Assembly: GCA_015233405.1 (NCBI GenBank)
Contig: JADFXT010000013.1
Location: 1 to 59,125, forward strand
DNA length: 59,125 bases
From: Candidatus Omnitrophota bacterium
GTDB lineage: Bacteria; Omnitrophota; Gorgyraeia; Zapsychrales; Zapsychraceae
Direction of reading: 5' to 3'
The notes below the pieces were generated by a model that was not told where the DNA came from, did not search any database, and was given only the letters and a program-made list of their open reading frames with translations. The translations under genes were made by a program, and so were the position numbers. Of the stretch, positions 1-11,381 are shown in pieces. Every line of letters starts with the position of its first letter. Position 1 is the stretch's first letter.

Positions 1-25
1 GCTCCGGAACCGCATGAATGAGAAT

Positions 26-1567
<1,542 letters not shown>

Positions 1568-1597
1568 AATAAGGCAAGGCGGTTCGAATCATGACAT

Positions 1598-1960
1598 TTA
1601 ACAGATTGCGAGCATCATTTGTATCAACATTTCTATTTCAAAAGGCTTTTTTATAATACCTGCCACGAGATCCATGACATTTTCTTGTTGAAGGATCGTC
1701 TCTATGGACGCCAAGCCGGAAATAATAAATACCACGCACTGCGGATTTACACTTTTTATCCTCTTTAGCAAATCGATCCCGGTCAGGCCTTTCATTTTAT
1801 AATCAAAAATACCGCCATCGTATCTGTTATTTTCAATAAGGACGGCTCCTTTTGCGCTGTCCGAAGCGTTATCGACAAGGAGCCCCTCTTCACGAAACAG
1901 GTTAGCCAATTCGTCGCACAACTCCTCATTGTCATCTATTAGTAAAATTTTCTTTGGCAT
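1598..1960 (-). CDS. Single-domain CheY-like response regulator receiver
   Basis: 120 aa. It has an N-terminal acidic pair (KILLIDDNEE), a central Asp (GGIFDYKMKGLTGIDLL), a conserved Lys region (IIKKPF) and no output domain. Its start overlaps the upstream gene by 29 nt. Confidence 0.85.
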   Translation of the reverse strand: MPKKILLIDDNEELCDELANLFREEGLLVDNASDSAKGAVLIENNRYDGGIFDYKMKGLTGIDLLKRIKSVNPQCVVFIISGLASIETILQQENVMDLVAGIIKKPFEIEMLIQMMLAIC

Positions 1961-4900
1961 TGTTTTTTCTGTGAATCGGCAACGTTATCTTTACCGTTGT
2001 TCCCTTTCCCTTTTCGCTTTCAATAACTAAAGATCCATCATGCAGCAGGATTATCTGATTGCAAACAGCAAGTCCAAGGCCGGTACCCTTGGCCTTCGTC
2101 GTGAAAAAAGGATCTATGACCTTTTCTAAATGTTCTTTTTCTATCCCCTCCCCATTGTCTTTGATAGAAACAGACACGATGGAGCCATTAACTTTAGATT
2201 CAATCTCTATCTTGCCCGAATCCTTACTAACCGCGTCTAACGCGTTGTTCAAAATATTACAAAACACCTCTTGGATTTGGACGCTATCCGCCTCAATGAA
2301 CAGATCTTTTGTGTCGTCCAGGTTATTAGTAATGGCTATCCCGCGGCTCAAGGCAATCGTTTTTACATCATTAACACATAGATCAAAAATGTCGTTAATT
2401 TTGACCGATTTAAAATCAGACGTCTTAATTTTTGAATACAATAAGACATTATTTATTATCTGGCCGCCTTCTATAATTTTCTTATTGATATTATTTAAAC
2501 TTCCTTCAACCGACGGGTCTTTGATTTTTCTTCTGATGCTATACGCCGCTGCATTTATCGCGGCCAGGGTATTACGCAGCTCATGCGCAACTGTGGCTGC
2601 TAAAGTCCCTATATCCGAAAGATACTTTGACCTTTCCAGTTTCGTCTGAAGACCTACTAATTCCTCAGATCCCGCTTTGATCAGTTCTTGCAAAGTCTTT
2701 CTGTCGCGCTTTAAAACATCTTCGGCTTTTTTACGCTGGGTTATATCTTCGATAACAAGAAGGATCAACTGATTGTCTTTATCGCGCATTTTGATTTGGC
2801 GTCCGTTTAAGATCATGGTCTTTTGCCCAATTTTTGGAAAATCAAAAGACATTTCAAAACCTTCAAAATGGCTCTTCTTCAGCAAGATCTCCCCAAGCAT
2901 TTTTCGTAACTCCGGGCAATCCCACTGATGCCCGCCAAGCTCAAAGAGCAACTTGTTTTCTACGTCGGGAACTTGGACCTTGAACATTTGATAAAAAGCT
3001 TTATTGGCTGATAAAATCTTTGCGTCTTTATCCAAGATCAAAAGCGGTTCTTTCATGGTTCTGATAACAGCACGGATATACTCCAGGGCGTCTTGCGCTG
3101 AATTTTCACTTTTTTTAAGGGCATCGATATCGACCATCGCAATGACGGCACCGTCGATCTTGTTATCCACGGTCCGGTAAGGCCTTATCCGCATGGAATA
3201 CCAGCGATTCTCTTTATCTTTGACTTCGTATTCTTTCGGGGTCATATCTTCGATGATATCCAAGACCTTGTCTTCCAAATTTGCAATATCAATATTTAGT
3301 TTAATATCACCTACCGGCCGGCCAACATCCGACGGGATCAAGTTCATCATTTTTCTTGCCGTTGGCGTGAAGCGCTTAATACGCAGATCATTTCCAACCA
3401 TGATGATCGGGATGTTTGTGCTGGCGAAGACATTGCTCAAATCACTGTTAAGACGCGTCAATTCCTTATTATTATTCTGCAGTTCACCATTAAGCGTTAA
3501 GAGTTCTTCGTTGGTTGACTGGAGCTCTTCTTTGGATGTCTCAAGCTCCTCGTTCATGCTCTGCAATTCTTCATTGCTGGATTGGATCTCTTCATTCGCC
3601 GCCTTTAGCTCTTCGTTAAAGGTGTCTTTCTCTTCGCTAATGGCATTCAAGCGTTCAACGGTCCGCGCGAATTCTTTTTTTAACTTCGCAATATCCTTCT
3701 CAGAATTCCCACTATTTTTCTTACCAGCACCGACGGGCTTTGACGGCGCCCCTCTTTTTTTGGTCTGGATGAGAATAAACGGCTTACCCGTTACCTTTTT
3801 AGCCGTTTTATGGCCTTTTGTTAGGGGCTTCTTCGACGCGGCTGTTGGCGTCCTAGCATTCAAAAGTTGTTTTCGAGAGACTACATTTTTTGAATATATC
3901 TTATATTTTCGATCGACGGCAGTAAAGAGATCCGGCACGGAAGTGACCGATTCGGCAGAGCCAAGGACAAGAAAGCCTTTGGGTTTAATTGCATAATGCA
4001 TCATAGATAATGCTTTGTTTTGTAAAAAAGTGTCCAGATAGATAAGCAGATTACGGCAGCTGACAATGTCCATATTCGATAACGGCGGATCATTTGTGAT
4101 GTCTTGCTTTGCGAATATACAAAGGTCACGGATGTGTTTGGCGATCTTGTAGCCGGCGTCTGTTTTCGTAAAAAATTTCCGTAGCCTGTCGGGTGAGGCA
4201 TTCGCTGAAATATCTTTTGTGTATACTCCACTACGCGCCTTTTCGATCACCCGTTCACTTAAATCCGTGCCAAAGACCTGGATATTGGGCTTAATGCTCT
4301 TTTCTTCCATAAATTCATAAAGAGATATCGCTAGAGAATAAGCTTCCTCGCCAGTAGAGCATGCAGGAACCCATATCCTTATAGGGCCTTGCCCCGAGAA
4401 ATCATTGACAAGCAAAGGAAATACTTTTTTCTTAAGTGCTGTAAACACGTCGGGATCGCGGAAGAATTCCGTAACGGGTATCAGGATATCTTTACGCAAA
4501 ACGTCTATTTCAGACGGATTTTTTTTCAAATAGTTATAATAATCGGTATAATTTTTTATATTATGAAAAGTCATCCGTCGAACAATACGGCGGTTAATGG
4601 TGGTCTGCTTATAGTGCGTGAAATCCACGCCCATAAGGTCCTTTAGCAGAACAAGGATCCTCGTCAGCCCGCCTTCTAAAGGCTCTAAAGGCTTCAAAGA
4701 CTTTAAAAGCTTTTTAACTCCACCTATGCCTATTTGTGCCAATTTTTTCGCGATCTGTCTTGGGTCCAAAATAAAATCAACCGCTCCGCTGGCGATGGCA
4801 CTTCCGGGCATCCCAAAATATTTCGCCGAATTCTCATCTTGTACAAAAATAATACCGCCCTTCGCTTTAATCTCTTTTGCCCCCAAAGTCCCGTCTGAAC

Positions 4901-5306
4901 CTGTTCCAGACAGAATAACGCCAATGGCGTTTTCGCCTTGATCCTTTGCTAGGGAAGCCATAAAAAAATCTACCGGCAAATATTTACCATCCGCACGTTT
5001 AATTCGGGTGGTGATTTCCAGATTCCCTTTGGAAATAGCCATCAACGTATTCGGCGGGATAACATAAATGTGCGCCGGCTCTATGTTCGTATGGTTCTTT
5101 GCTTCACGAATATTTAAGCTTGTTTCTCTCGAGAGGATATCCGCCAAGGCGCTTTTATGCTGAGGCTCCAGATGCTGGATCAGCACAAAAGCCATATTGA
5201 TATTTTTGGGTAAGGAGTTAAAAAGGACGCTAAGCGCCTCTAAGCCGCCAGCAGAAGCGCCGACGCATACAATGGAGAATGATTTTGGGGTACGATTATT
5301 AACCAT
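1932..5306 (-). CDS. CheB-methylesterase / CheR-methyltransferase / coiled-coil / PAS / histidine kinase fusion protein
   Basis: 1124 aa. CheB-like N-terminus (IVCVGASAGGLEAL, LIQHLEPQH, GTGSDGTLG). CheR-like SAM methyltransferase (IWVPACSTGEEAYSLA, VSCRNLLIYL). Heptad coiled coil (NEELQSMNEELETSKEELQSTNEELLTLNGELQ). PAS-like segments, a HisKA H-box (VAHELRNTLAAI) and HATPase_c (DNGEGI, GTGLGLAVCNQII). Confidence 0.9.
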   Translation of the reverse strand: MVNNRTPKSFSIVCVGASAGGLEALSVLFNSLPKNINMAFVLIQHLEPQHKSALADILSRETSLNIREAKNHTNIEPAHIYVIPPNTLMAISKGNLEITTRIKRADGKYLPVDFFMASLAKDQGENAIGVILSGTGSDGTLGAKEIKAKGGIIFVQDENSAKYFGMPGSAIASGAVDFILDPRQIAKKLAQIGIGGVKKLLKSLKPLEPLEGGLTRILVLLKDLMGVDFTHYKQTTINRRIVRRMTFHNIKNYTDYYNYLKKNPSEIDVLRKDILIPVTEFFRDPDVFTALKKKVFPLLVNDFSGQGPIRIWVPACSTGEEAYSLAISLYEFMEEKSIKPNIQVFGTDLSERVIEKARSGVYTKDISANASPDRLRKFFTKTDAGYKIAKHIRDLCIFAKQDITNDPPLSNMDIVSCRNLLIYLDTFLQNKALSMMHYAIKPKGFLVLGSAESVTSVPDLFTAVDRKYKIYSKNVVSRKQLLNARTPTAASKKPLTKGHKTAKKVTGKPFILIQTKKRGAPSKPVGAGKKNSGNSEKDIAKLKKEFARTVERLNAISEEKDTFNEELKAANEEIQSSNEELQSMNEELETSKEELQSTNEELLTLNGELQNNNKELTRLNSDLSNVFASTNIPIIMVGNDLRIKRFTPTARKMMNLIPSDVGRPVGDIKLNIDIANLEDKVLDIIEDMTPKEYEVKDKENRWYSMRIRPYRTVDNKIDGAVIAMVDIDALKKSENSAQDALEYIRAVIRTMKEPLLILDKDAKILSANKAFYQMFKVQVPDVENKLLFELGGHQWDCPELRKMLGEILLKKSHFEGFEMSFDFPKIGQKTMILNGRQIKMRDKDNQLILLVIEDITQRKKAEDVLKRDRKTLQELIKAGSEELVGLQTKLERSKYLSDIGTLAATVAHELRNTLAAINAAAYSIRRKIKDPSVEGSLNNINKKIIEGGQIINNVLLYSKIKTSDFKSVKINDIFDLCVNDVKTIALSRGIAITNNLDDTKDLFIEADSVQIQEVFCNILNNALDAVSKDSGKIEIESKVNGSIVSVSIKDNGEGIEKEHLEKVIDPFFTTKAKGTGLGLAVCNQIILLHDGSLVIESEKGKGTTVKITLPIHRKNNAKENFTNR

Positions 5307-5430
5307 ACTTGTTTTTTTCTTGAAAGACCAACTAATGCTCGAGGGGACGCAGACATCATTCTAGTCCTATTTTCTAAATAAGCAATTATATAAACAGCCT
5401 CTAGCTCATGGTCGAAAATCAAGCATTCTG

Positions 5431-6822
5431 CTACTTTTTCTCTTTTTCTAAAATATTATATTTAATCATTTTATTATAAAGAGTGGTTCTATTGATGCCT
5501 AAAATTGAAGCGGCCTTGTTCCTGCTCCAACCGCACTCGTCAAGGACGCTTATGATATGCTCCTGTTCAGGGTCCTCGACGGCTTTTCTTAAAGTTTTCA
5601 CATTATGTTCTGTCTTGTTAATATAAAATTTGGAGATATTCGGAGCATCTTCTTTAGAAATAATCTCCTGTTTGGCCATAATAACCGCGCCTTCTACCGC
5701 ATTTTCTAACTCTCTAATGTTTCCCGGCCAGGAGTAATCCATAAAAATCTGAATAACTCTTTCCGAGACACCCTTAATATTTTTGTTATTTATTTTGCTG
5801 TATTTCTTCACGAAATGGTCAACGATAAATCGGATGTCCTCTTTTCGCTCTCTTAATGGCGGCATATCAATGCCTATAACATTGACGCGGTAATAAAGGT
5901 CTTCCCTGAATTTCCCTTCTTTAACCAGGGTTGCTAAGTCCTGATTTGTTGCAACAATGATGCGGGCATCTGCTTTCCTTTGAACATTATCCCCGACTCT
6001 CTCAAATAGGCCGTCTTGTAAAACCCTAAGAAGCTTGACTTGCAGCGTCGGCGGGAAAGAATCGATCTCATCTAGAAATACGGTGCCGCCCTTGGCATAT
6101 TCAAAACGGCCCTCTTTATCTTTTATGGCTCCGGTAAAGGATCCTTTAACATGACCAAAAAGCTCGCTCTCTAAAAGGGTCTCCGACAAGGCGCCACAAC
6201 TGACTTCAACAAACAAGTTATTCTTTCTTCGTTGATCAGTCTGATGGATAGCTTTTGCAACAAGGCCTTTGCCTGTTCCGCTTTCTCCGCTTATCAAAAT
6301 GGTGGCATTCGTGCTCGCGACAGAATCTATAATATTGTAGATGTTCTGGATTTTAGCGCTTCCGCCGATCATCCCGCAGAACTGCCGCCTTTCTCCTCTA
6401 ACGATAATATCCTTCAGAGCTTTATTTTCGGATAGTATGTCTATTTTTTCCTCGATCTTTTTTATAATAATATTTATCTCGTCGTAGTTAACCGGCTTCG
6501 TAATATAATCATAAGCCCCTTTTTTCATAGACTCTATGGCAATTTCAACGGAGCTATAACCGGTGATCAAAATAAATTCTGTCGCAGGAGATTCCTTTTT
6601 AACATCGTCCAATAATTCAAGGCCATTTTTCTTGGGCAATTTATAATCAGAGATCACAACGTTTATAGGTTTCCGCGATATGATATCCATGGCTTCTTCG
6701 GCCGTGGAAGCCATAAAAACATCATGCCCCTCATCCTTAAGCGCTTCGCATAACGATTCCCGGATAATAGGTTCATCATCTACAACAAGCAATTTTAGAA
6801 CATTTTTTATATTTGGAGTCAT
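5431..6822 (-). CDS. Sigma-54-dependent response regulator (NtrC/AtoC-family bacterial enhancer-binding protein)
   Basis: 463 aa. Receiver domain (LLVVDDEPIIRE, ISDYKLPKKNG). AAA+ sigma-54 interaction module with Walker A GESGTGKG, a GAFTGA-loop variant GSFTGA and Walker B VFLDEID. C-terminal Fis-type HTH (NKAASILGINRTTLYNKM). Confidence 0.92.
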   Translation of the reverse strand: MTPNIKNVLKLLVVDDEPIIRESLCEALKDEGHDVFMASTAEEAMDIISRKPINVVISDYKLPKKNGLELLDDVKKESPATEFILITGYSSVEIAIESMKKGAYDYITKPVNYDEINIIIKKIEEKIDILSENKALKDIIVRGERRQFCGMIGGSAKIQNIYNIIDSVASTNATILISGESGTGKGLVAKAIHQTDQRRKNNLFVEVSCGALSETLLESELFGHVKGSFTGAIKDKEGRFEYAKGGTVFLDEIDSFPPTLQVKLLRVLQDGLFERVGDNVQRKADARIIVATNQDLATLVKEGKFREDLYYRVNVIGIDMPPLRERKEDIRFIVDHFVKKYSKINNKNIKGVSERVIQIFMDYSWPGNIRELENAVEGAVIMAKQEIISKEDAPNISKFYINKTEHNVKTLRKAVEDPEQEHIISVLDECGWSRNKAASILGINRTTLYNKMIKYNILEKEKK

Positions 6823-6846
6823 GATCGTTTTACGCTGCCACTAATT

Positions 6847-7755
6847 TCATTTTCTATTATTAGCAGATTCTAAATTTTGAGGTTCAGCTTTTATCTCACC
6901 CAACTTAATAATAATCGTTTGCATAACGGCAGATAAGGTATGCTTAGGATGGGCAGAGATAAAATCCTTATATATTTTTATAGCTAAATTCCGATTTTCC
7001 ATATTAACCCCAGCAATAGAATCAATGGTTTCCAATAAAACTGTTGCCGTCCTTCTATTTAAATACCCGGTATTTGCTGATTTGATCAGAACCCCTCCAA
7101 GCAAGGTTAAGGCCTCCGGTTGTTTACCTAGATCGAGATAGCAAACTGCGGCGTATCGCATGGATTCATATGCAGCAAACGTATCCGGCTTTTGGCCTAT
7201 AACATCCTTATAATGCGCAATCGCATCCTTGTAAGCCTTGTCGGCGGAAACTTGATCTCCCCTATTAGAGTAGATCTTCGCGATAATGACCGGGACTTTT
7301 AATCCTATAGCGGTCAACGGATAATTTCGTAATATTTGCTTATGCGTTCCGATAAGATCGTCGTAGTCCTTTGTCTCCTCATAAATTTTACCCAGCTCTA
7401 TCGTAGCGGTTATTGCGACGCTAGGATCCTGGCTATATTCTTTGACGACAAATTTAAACTTTTCCAAAGCCTTAGAATAATTCTTTTGGACTGCATACAG
7501 TCGGCCAATAAGAATATGGGCCATCGGAGTTAACTTTGACTTTGGAAACTTATTAATGAATTCATAATATTTCTTTTCAATCCGCTCATATGTCGCGGAA
7601 GGCACAGAATCGGGATCTTTAGAAATCTCCATGGCTTGCTTATTTATTTTCCAAAGAGCTTCTTCTGCGGCGTACTCTCCTTTTGAGTCAACATAACTTA
7701 GATAAATAAATAATCCCGCCAAAATCACAATAAATATAATGATGGTTTTTTTCAT
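6847..7755 (-). CDS. Membrane-anchored TPR-repeat protein
   Basis: I moved the start to the internal ATG at 7755 (MKKTIIIFIVILAGLFIYL signal-anchor). That ATG is preceded by GGAAAGGAAGAGG and overlaps the upstream stop as ATGA. The rest of the protein is helical and TPR-like (YAVQKNYSKALEKF, YEETKDYDDLI, YSNRGDQVSADKAYKDAI). Confidence 0.7.
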   Translation of the reverse strand: MKKTIIIFIVILAGLFIYLSYVDSKGEYAAEEALWKINKQAMEISKDPDSVPSATYERIEKKYYEFINKFPKSKLTPMAHILIGRLYAVQKNYSKALEKFKFVVKEYSQDPSVAITATIELGKIYEETKDYDDLIGTHKQILRNYPLTAIGLKVPVIIAKIYSNRGDQVSADKAYKDAIAHYKDVIGQKPDTFAAYESMRYAAVCYLDLGKQPEALTLLGGVLIKSANTGYLNRRTATVLLETIDSIAGVNMENRNLAIKIYKDFISAHPKHTLSAVMQTIIIKLGEIKAEPQNLESANNRK

Positions 7756-8609
7756 ACCTCTTCCTTTCCTAATAAATAATTTGTGCTCACTGTCGTATAG
7801 ACAACAGCGTCGATTATTGTGACAAAAAGAATGCCACACGCCATGATCACAGCGCTTAGTTCAGGCGCTGTAGACTGTAGGCCATCGCTGTTTTTGAGCA
7901 AAATGATGACCACATAAAGCATGGATGGAACAAGGACAATAAATATCGTGAAGAAAAAGGACCGGAACAACATTTTTATGTTTAGAAACAACGCCTTAAA
8001 AACATTTTTTCTGTCTATAACTATGATAGGCAGTATATATACAACAATGCATGTCGCTAAAATGTTGAGTAACAGGTTAAAATACGGCGCCCCATAAATC
8101 ACAAGCTTTTTGATATTTCCATATAGCCCTGATTCAGATCGAATGATAAGCGCTCTATTTAAAATCAATTCGTATCCCTTTAAAAACAGTAAACTGACAC
8201 CGACAGATATAGCGGCTGCAATAATAATATGAACATACGAGGCGAAGGTTTTTTTGTATATGTTCCCTAGCCGCAGCTTATCTCCGTTATTAACCGCCAC
8301 AAGAATGTTTATAGATGCGGCCATAAAATAGCTGCTGACCAATATATACACCGGGAGTTGTAAGTTCTGGAACAAGGTTGGCAAGAGAACAAAATTTAAA
8401 GGATAATGCAGATAATTATCCGACCATAATTTCTTAATAATAGGCCCGAAGAAAAGGTTAAGCGGATGCCTTGGAGCAAAATAAAAAATCTCCAATAAAA
8501 GAAGCTGAATAAAAGCTATTACGACATAGGGAAATAAAATTGCCTTGTTTTCTAATAAAATACTTGAGGCTAGTTTTAATGCTTGGAACGGGTTTTTGTT
8601 TTGAGCCAT
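7752..8609 (-). CDS. Polytopic inner-membrane protein of unknown function
   Basis: I trimmed the start to the ATG at 8609 (MAQNKNPF...), because the longer ORF overlaps the upstream gene. The protein has about 6-8 hydrophobic segments and no motif I recognise. It is translationally coupled to the TPR gene. Confidence 0.55.
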   Translation of the reverse strand: MAQNKNPFQALKLASSILLENKAILFPYVVIAFIQLLLLEIFYFAPRHPLNLFFGPIIKKLWSDNYLHYPLNFVLLPTLFQNLQLPVYILVSSYFMAASINILVAVNNGDKLRLGNIYKKTFASYVHIIIAAAISVGVSLLFLKGYELILNRALIIRSESGLYGNIKKLVIYGAPYFNLLLNILATCIVVYILPIIVIDRKNVFKALFLNIKMLFRSFFFTIFIVLVPSMLYVVIILLKNSDGLQSTAPELSAVIMACGILFVTIIDAVVYTTVSTNYLLGKEEV

Positions 8610-8667
8610 ATTTTCTCTCTTTTCTTTAGTTTTAATATTTATATATAAATAAAAACTTCCCGCAGAA

Positions 8668-11346
8668 TTACTTGAGTTTAAGGACCTTTTGGCGTAAATT
8701 GCTCGCAATAACCTCATAAATTTCTTGTTTTCCTGAATCGTTCCCGTACAAATCATCTAAAGTTGCCCTGCTCCCAAATTTTACTTTTATTGGATACGGC
8801 ATCGGAAAACGCCGCGCTCTCGGCCACGCCTTAAAAGCTCCATCGATATAAACAGGAACGACAGGGACATTTAATTCTTTGATCAAAATCCCCACGCCTT
8901 TTTTAAAATCTTCCAATTCTCCGTCGAAAGACCGCTCTCCTTCGGGGAAATAGCAAACAATCTTTGATCTGCGCAAAGCAAAAGAACAAGCCCTTAAGGC
9001 TTCTATCAAGCTTACGCTTGAGTCTATCGGGATTATGCTGCCGGTTTTCACAAGCCTTTTCAGCAAAATATTCTTAAAAATAAGGCTATAGCCAACAAAT
9101 TGAACTTCTAGCGCCACTTTAAATGGAAGTCCGCTTAAAACAACAAGTCCATCCAGATAGCTGGTATGATTTGGACAAATCAAATACGGGCCATGCTCTT
9201 TTAAATTTTCTTTTCCCTCAACGCGCAAAAAGAAAAACACTTTAAAGATCAGTTTAATTAAAAGAATCAACGATATATTAATAATACGCACAAATAATCC
9301 GGCTTTAATGAAGATCTGATCCTGAATTTCCTGGCTGGGAGATTGTTTTATGATCTCGTCCCATTTGCGAGATGCTCCCGGTTTAACTTCTGCTGCTCCG
9401 TCGGGAAAGTATTCTCTAAGCTTTATTAACAGATCCTTAACCGTGCTACTGATAAAAAATTCAACCGCCTGCTCAGAGGACATCTCAAGCCCTAAGCGCT
9501 CTTGGAGCCCAAGAAAGACATCTATTCTGGAAAGAGAATCTAATCCTAAATCCAGTTCAAGATGGTCATTGATTTTTACCTCTTTTTTTAAGATATCTTT
9601 GAGCGCAGCCAATGCCGGTTTAGACATTTTTGAGTTATAGATTTCCAAATCGTTTTCATTCAATTCTTCTTTTTCTGTTTTATATCCTTGTTTAACAATT
9701 TTAAATATTTCTTCAACCTTATATCTCATGATCTTCCCTAAAGCTGTACGCGGCAAACTGTCTCTGACAATAACAAAATCACTAATATGTTTATAAGAAG
9801 GCTGTCCTGACGAACGATTTTCTATCTCAAATTTTATTTTTTCCCTTACGTTAGAGCTTTCGATATCGTAAAAACTTTTTTCTTCAATCACAATGACCGC
9901 CGCAAGGTGCTCAACACCGGCCAAGAACCCTTCTTTGCTCACGGGAAAAACACAGAGCTCTTTTATATATTTACTCTCGGAATAGATGTTTTCAATTTCT
10001 TCGGGGTCAATATTCTTCCCCGAGCTAAGAACAATGACGTTTTTCTTCCTTCCGACAAGATAAAGGTAATCATTTTTATCAATATATCCCAAATCTCCGC
10101 TATAGAACCAACCGTCTATGATGGCCTCGCGCGTTTTTTCCTCCTGTTTATAATAACCCGCCATGACATTCGGACCTTTTATTAATACTTCCCCCACGCC
10201 TCTTGAATCTGGATTTAATATTTTTATTTCAACCCCGGGCAGAGCCTTTCCTACCGAACCGATCTTGGGATTTTCTATGGGATTAAAAGCCGCTGCGGGA
10301 GACGTCTCAGTTAAACCATATCCCTCGATGATTGAAAATCCCCACTTGTAAAAAGATATCGCCACATTCTTGTCTAACCGCGCCCCTCCAGAAACCATAA
10401 GCCTCACTTGGCCTCCATAAGCCTTATGTAATTCAGAAAACATCTTTTTGCTCCAATTGACATTTGATAACTTCCTAATATAAAAAAATATTTCAGAGAA
10501 AGATTTAAGTGCATATTTTTTAAGCCCTTTTAAATTCTTTAATTCATCTTCAACATGTCTTTTCATCAAAGAAAATACCTGGGGGACAGCAACAAAAATC
10601 GTAACCTTTTCCTCTTTGATGCACGACAATAATTCCTTCGAAGAGAGACCGGAAGGGAATATAACCGTAGAGCCAGTAACTAGCGGCAAAAGCAGGGTCG
10701 TCGTAAATGCATAGGCATGGTGTAAAGGCAAAATGGAAATCATTCTGTCAGATCCTGTTACATTCGCCAGAGAGCTAAGGGCATGAATATTGAACAAAAG
10801 GTTTGAGTGGGTAAGCATGACCCCCTTCGGCTCATCCGTCGTACCCGACGTATAAAATATCGCAGCCAAAGAATCCGCATCCGCCCCTCCATTAAATATG
10901 TTATTATCAGGATACCCTGCCAATTTTTTGATTAAATCATCGGAGTCAATCGATAAAACAACAGCGTCTTTGATACTGTTAACAATCTCTTTGTAACGGT
11001 CCTTTTTGACAATTAATGCCTTGGCATCTGAATGGATCATGATCCTTTTAATCTGATCCAATGAAAACTGAACATCTAAAGGAACGACCGTAGCACCCAT
11101 CGACATGACAGCAAAGAAAGATACTGCGTATTCAGATTGATTGCCCAGGATAAATGCCACTTTATCTTTCGGCTTAACCCCCACATCTCTAAGAAGATTC
11201 GCCAGCTGTAAAGACTTGCTGAAGAGCTCAGAATATGTCAAACGCCAAGTAGCATCTTTGCCATGAGTAATAATCGAACTTTGTGAAGGAAATGCCTGAA
11301 CAGCACTTGAGAATTCTTCAAAAATATTATCAACTTTTTGTCGCAT
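8668..11346 (-). CDS. Tri-domain fatty acyl-AMP/CoA ligase - acyl carrier protein - PlsC-type (lysophospholipid) acyltransferase
   Basis: 892 aa. AMP-binding signature (IFYTSGTTDEPKGVMLTHSNL, GYGLTETS, SGDLGYIDKNDYLYLVGRKK). Phosphopantetheine attachment site (LDLGLDSLSRIDVF). A TM stretch, then acyltransferase HX4D (CPNHTSYLDGLV) and FPEGERS motifs. Confidence 0.85.
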   Translation of the reverse strand: MRQKVDNIFEEFSSAVQAFPSQSSIITHGKDATWRLTYSELFSKSLQLANLLRDVGVKPKDKVAFILGNQSEYAVSFFAVMSMGATVVPLDVQFSLDQIKRIMIHSDAKALIVKKDRYKEIVNSIKDAVVLSIDSDDLIKKLAGYPDNNIFNGGADADSLAAIFYTSGTTDEPKGVMLTHSNLLFNIHALSSLANVTGSDRMISILPLHHAYAFTTTLLLPLVTGSTVIFPSGLSSKELLSCIKEEKVTIFVAVPQVFSLMKRHVEDELKNLKGLKKYALKSFSEIFFYIRKLSNVNWSKKMFSELHKAYGGQVRLMVSGGARLDKNVAISFYKWGFSIIEGYGLTETSPAAAFNPIENPKIGSVGKALPGVEIKILNPDSRGVGEVLIKGPNVMAGYYKQEEKTREAIIDGWFYSGDLGYIDKNDYLYLVGRKKNVIVLSSGKNIDPEEIENIYSESKYIKELCVFPVSKEGFLAGVEHLAAVIVIEEKSFYDIESSNVREKIKFEIENRSSGQPSYKHISDFVIVRDSLPRTALGKIMRYKVEEIFKIVKQGYKTEKEELNENDLEIYNSKMSKPALAALKDILKKEVKINDHLELDLGLDSLSRIDVFLGLQERLGLEMSSEQAVEFFISSTVKDLLIKLREYFPDGAAEVKPGASRKWDEIIKQSPSQEIQDQIFIKAGLFVRIINISLILLIKLIFKVFFFLRVEGKENLKEHGPYLICPNHTSYLDGLVVLSGLPFKVALEVQFVGYSLIFKNILLKRLVKTGSIIPIDSSVSLIEALRACSFALRRSKIVCYFPEGERSFDGELEDFKKGVGILIKELNVPVVPVYIDGAFKAWPRARRFPMPYPIKVKFGSRATLDDLYGNDSGKQEIYEVIASNLRQKVLKLK

Positions 11347-11381
11347 ATTATGCCTGTATGGATATTAATAAATTTGCAAGA

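Noticed and set aside
3480-3620. Repetitive GAA/GAG-rich DNA that looks like a tandem repeat
   Set aside because: It encodes the heptad coiled coil (NEEL/QS repeats) typical of CheB/CheR-PAS-kinase fusion proteins. It is a degenerate protein-level repeat, not a DNA-level mobile or slippage-prone tract.
3193-3996. 267-aa plus-strand ORF, together with similar antisense ORFs at 2059-2649, 4618-4941, 9350-9640, 18542-18892, 28710-29102, 39938-40327, 46485-46949, 50287-50697, 52339-52695, 52876-53211, 55755-56120 and 57197-57565
   Set aside because: All lie fully inside much longer, motif-rich ORFs on the opposite strand or in another frame. They have low-complexity, S/L/F-rich translations and no recognisable motifs or start context. 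They are shadow ORFs.
5240-5422. 60-aa ORF in and beside the gap between the CheB/CheR fusion and the sigma-54 regulator, and a possible -24/-12 site there
   Set aside because: The ORF overlaps the start of the 1124-aa gene out of frame. Scanning 5307-5430 gave no correctly spaced GG/GC pair.
7756-7839. N-terminal extensions of several track ORFs (6847-7839, 7752-8756, 42440-43354, 48573-48971, 49851-50951, and the GTG at 46201 for rpoN)
   Set aside because: In each case an internal ATG with a Shine-Dalgarno sequence gives a canonical family N-terminus or signal peptide. It also removes a long overlap with the upstream gene. I therefore trimmed the starts to 7755, 8609, 43309, 48917, 50828 and 46219.
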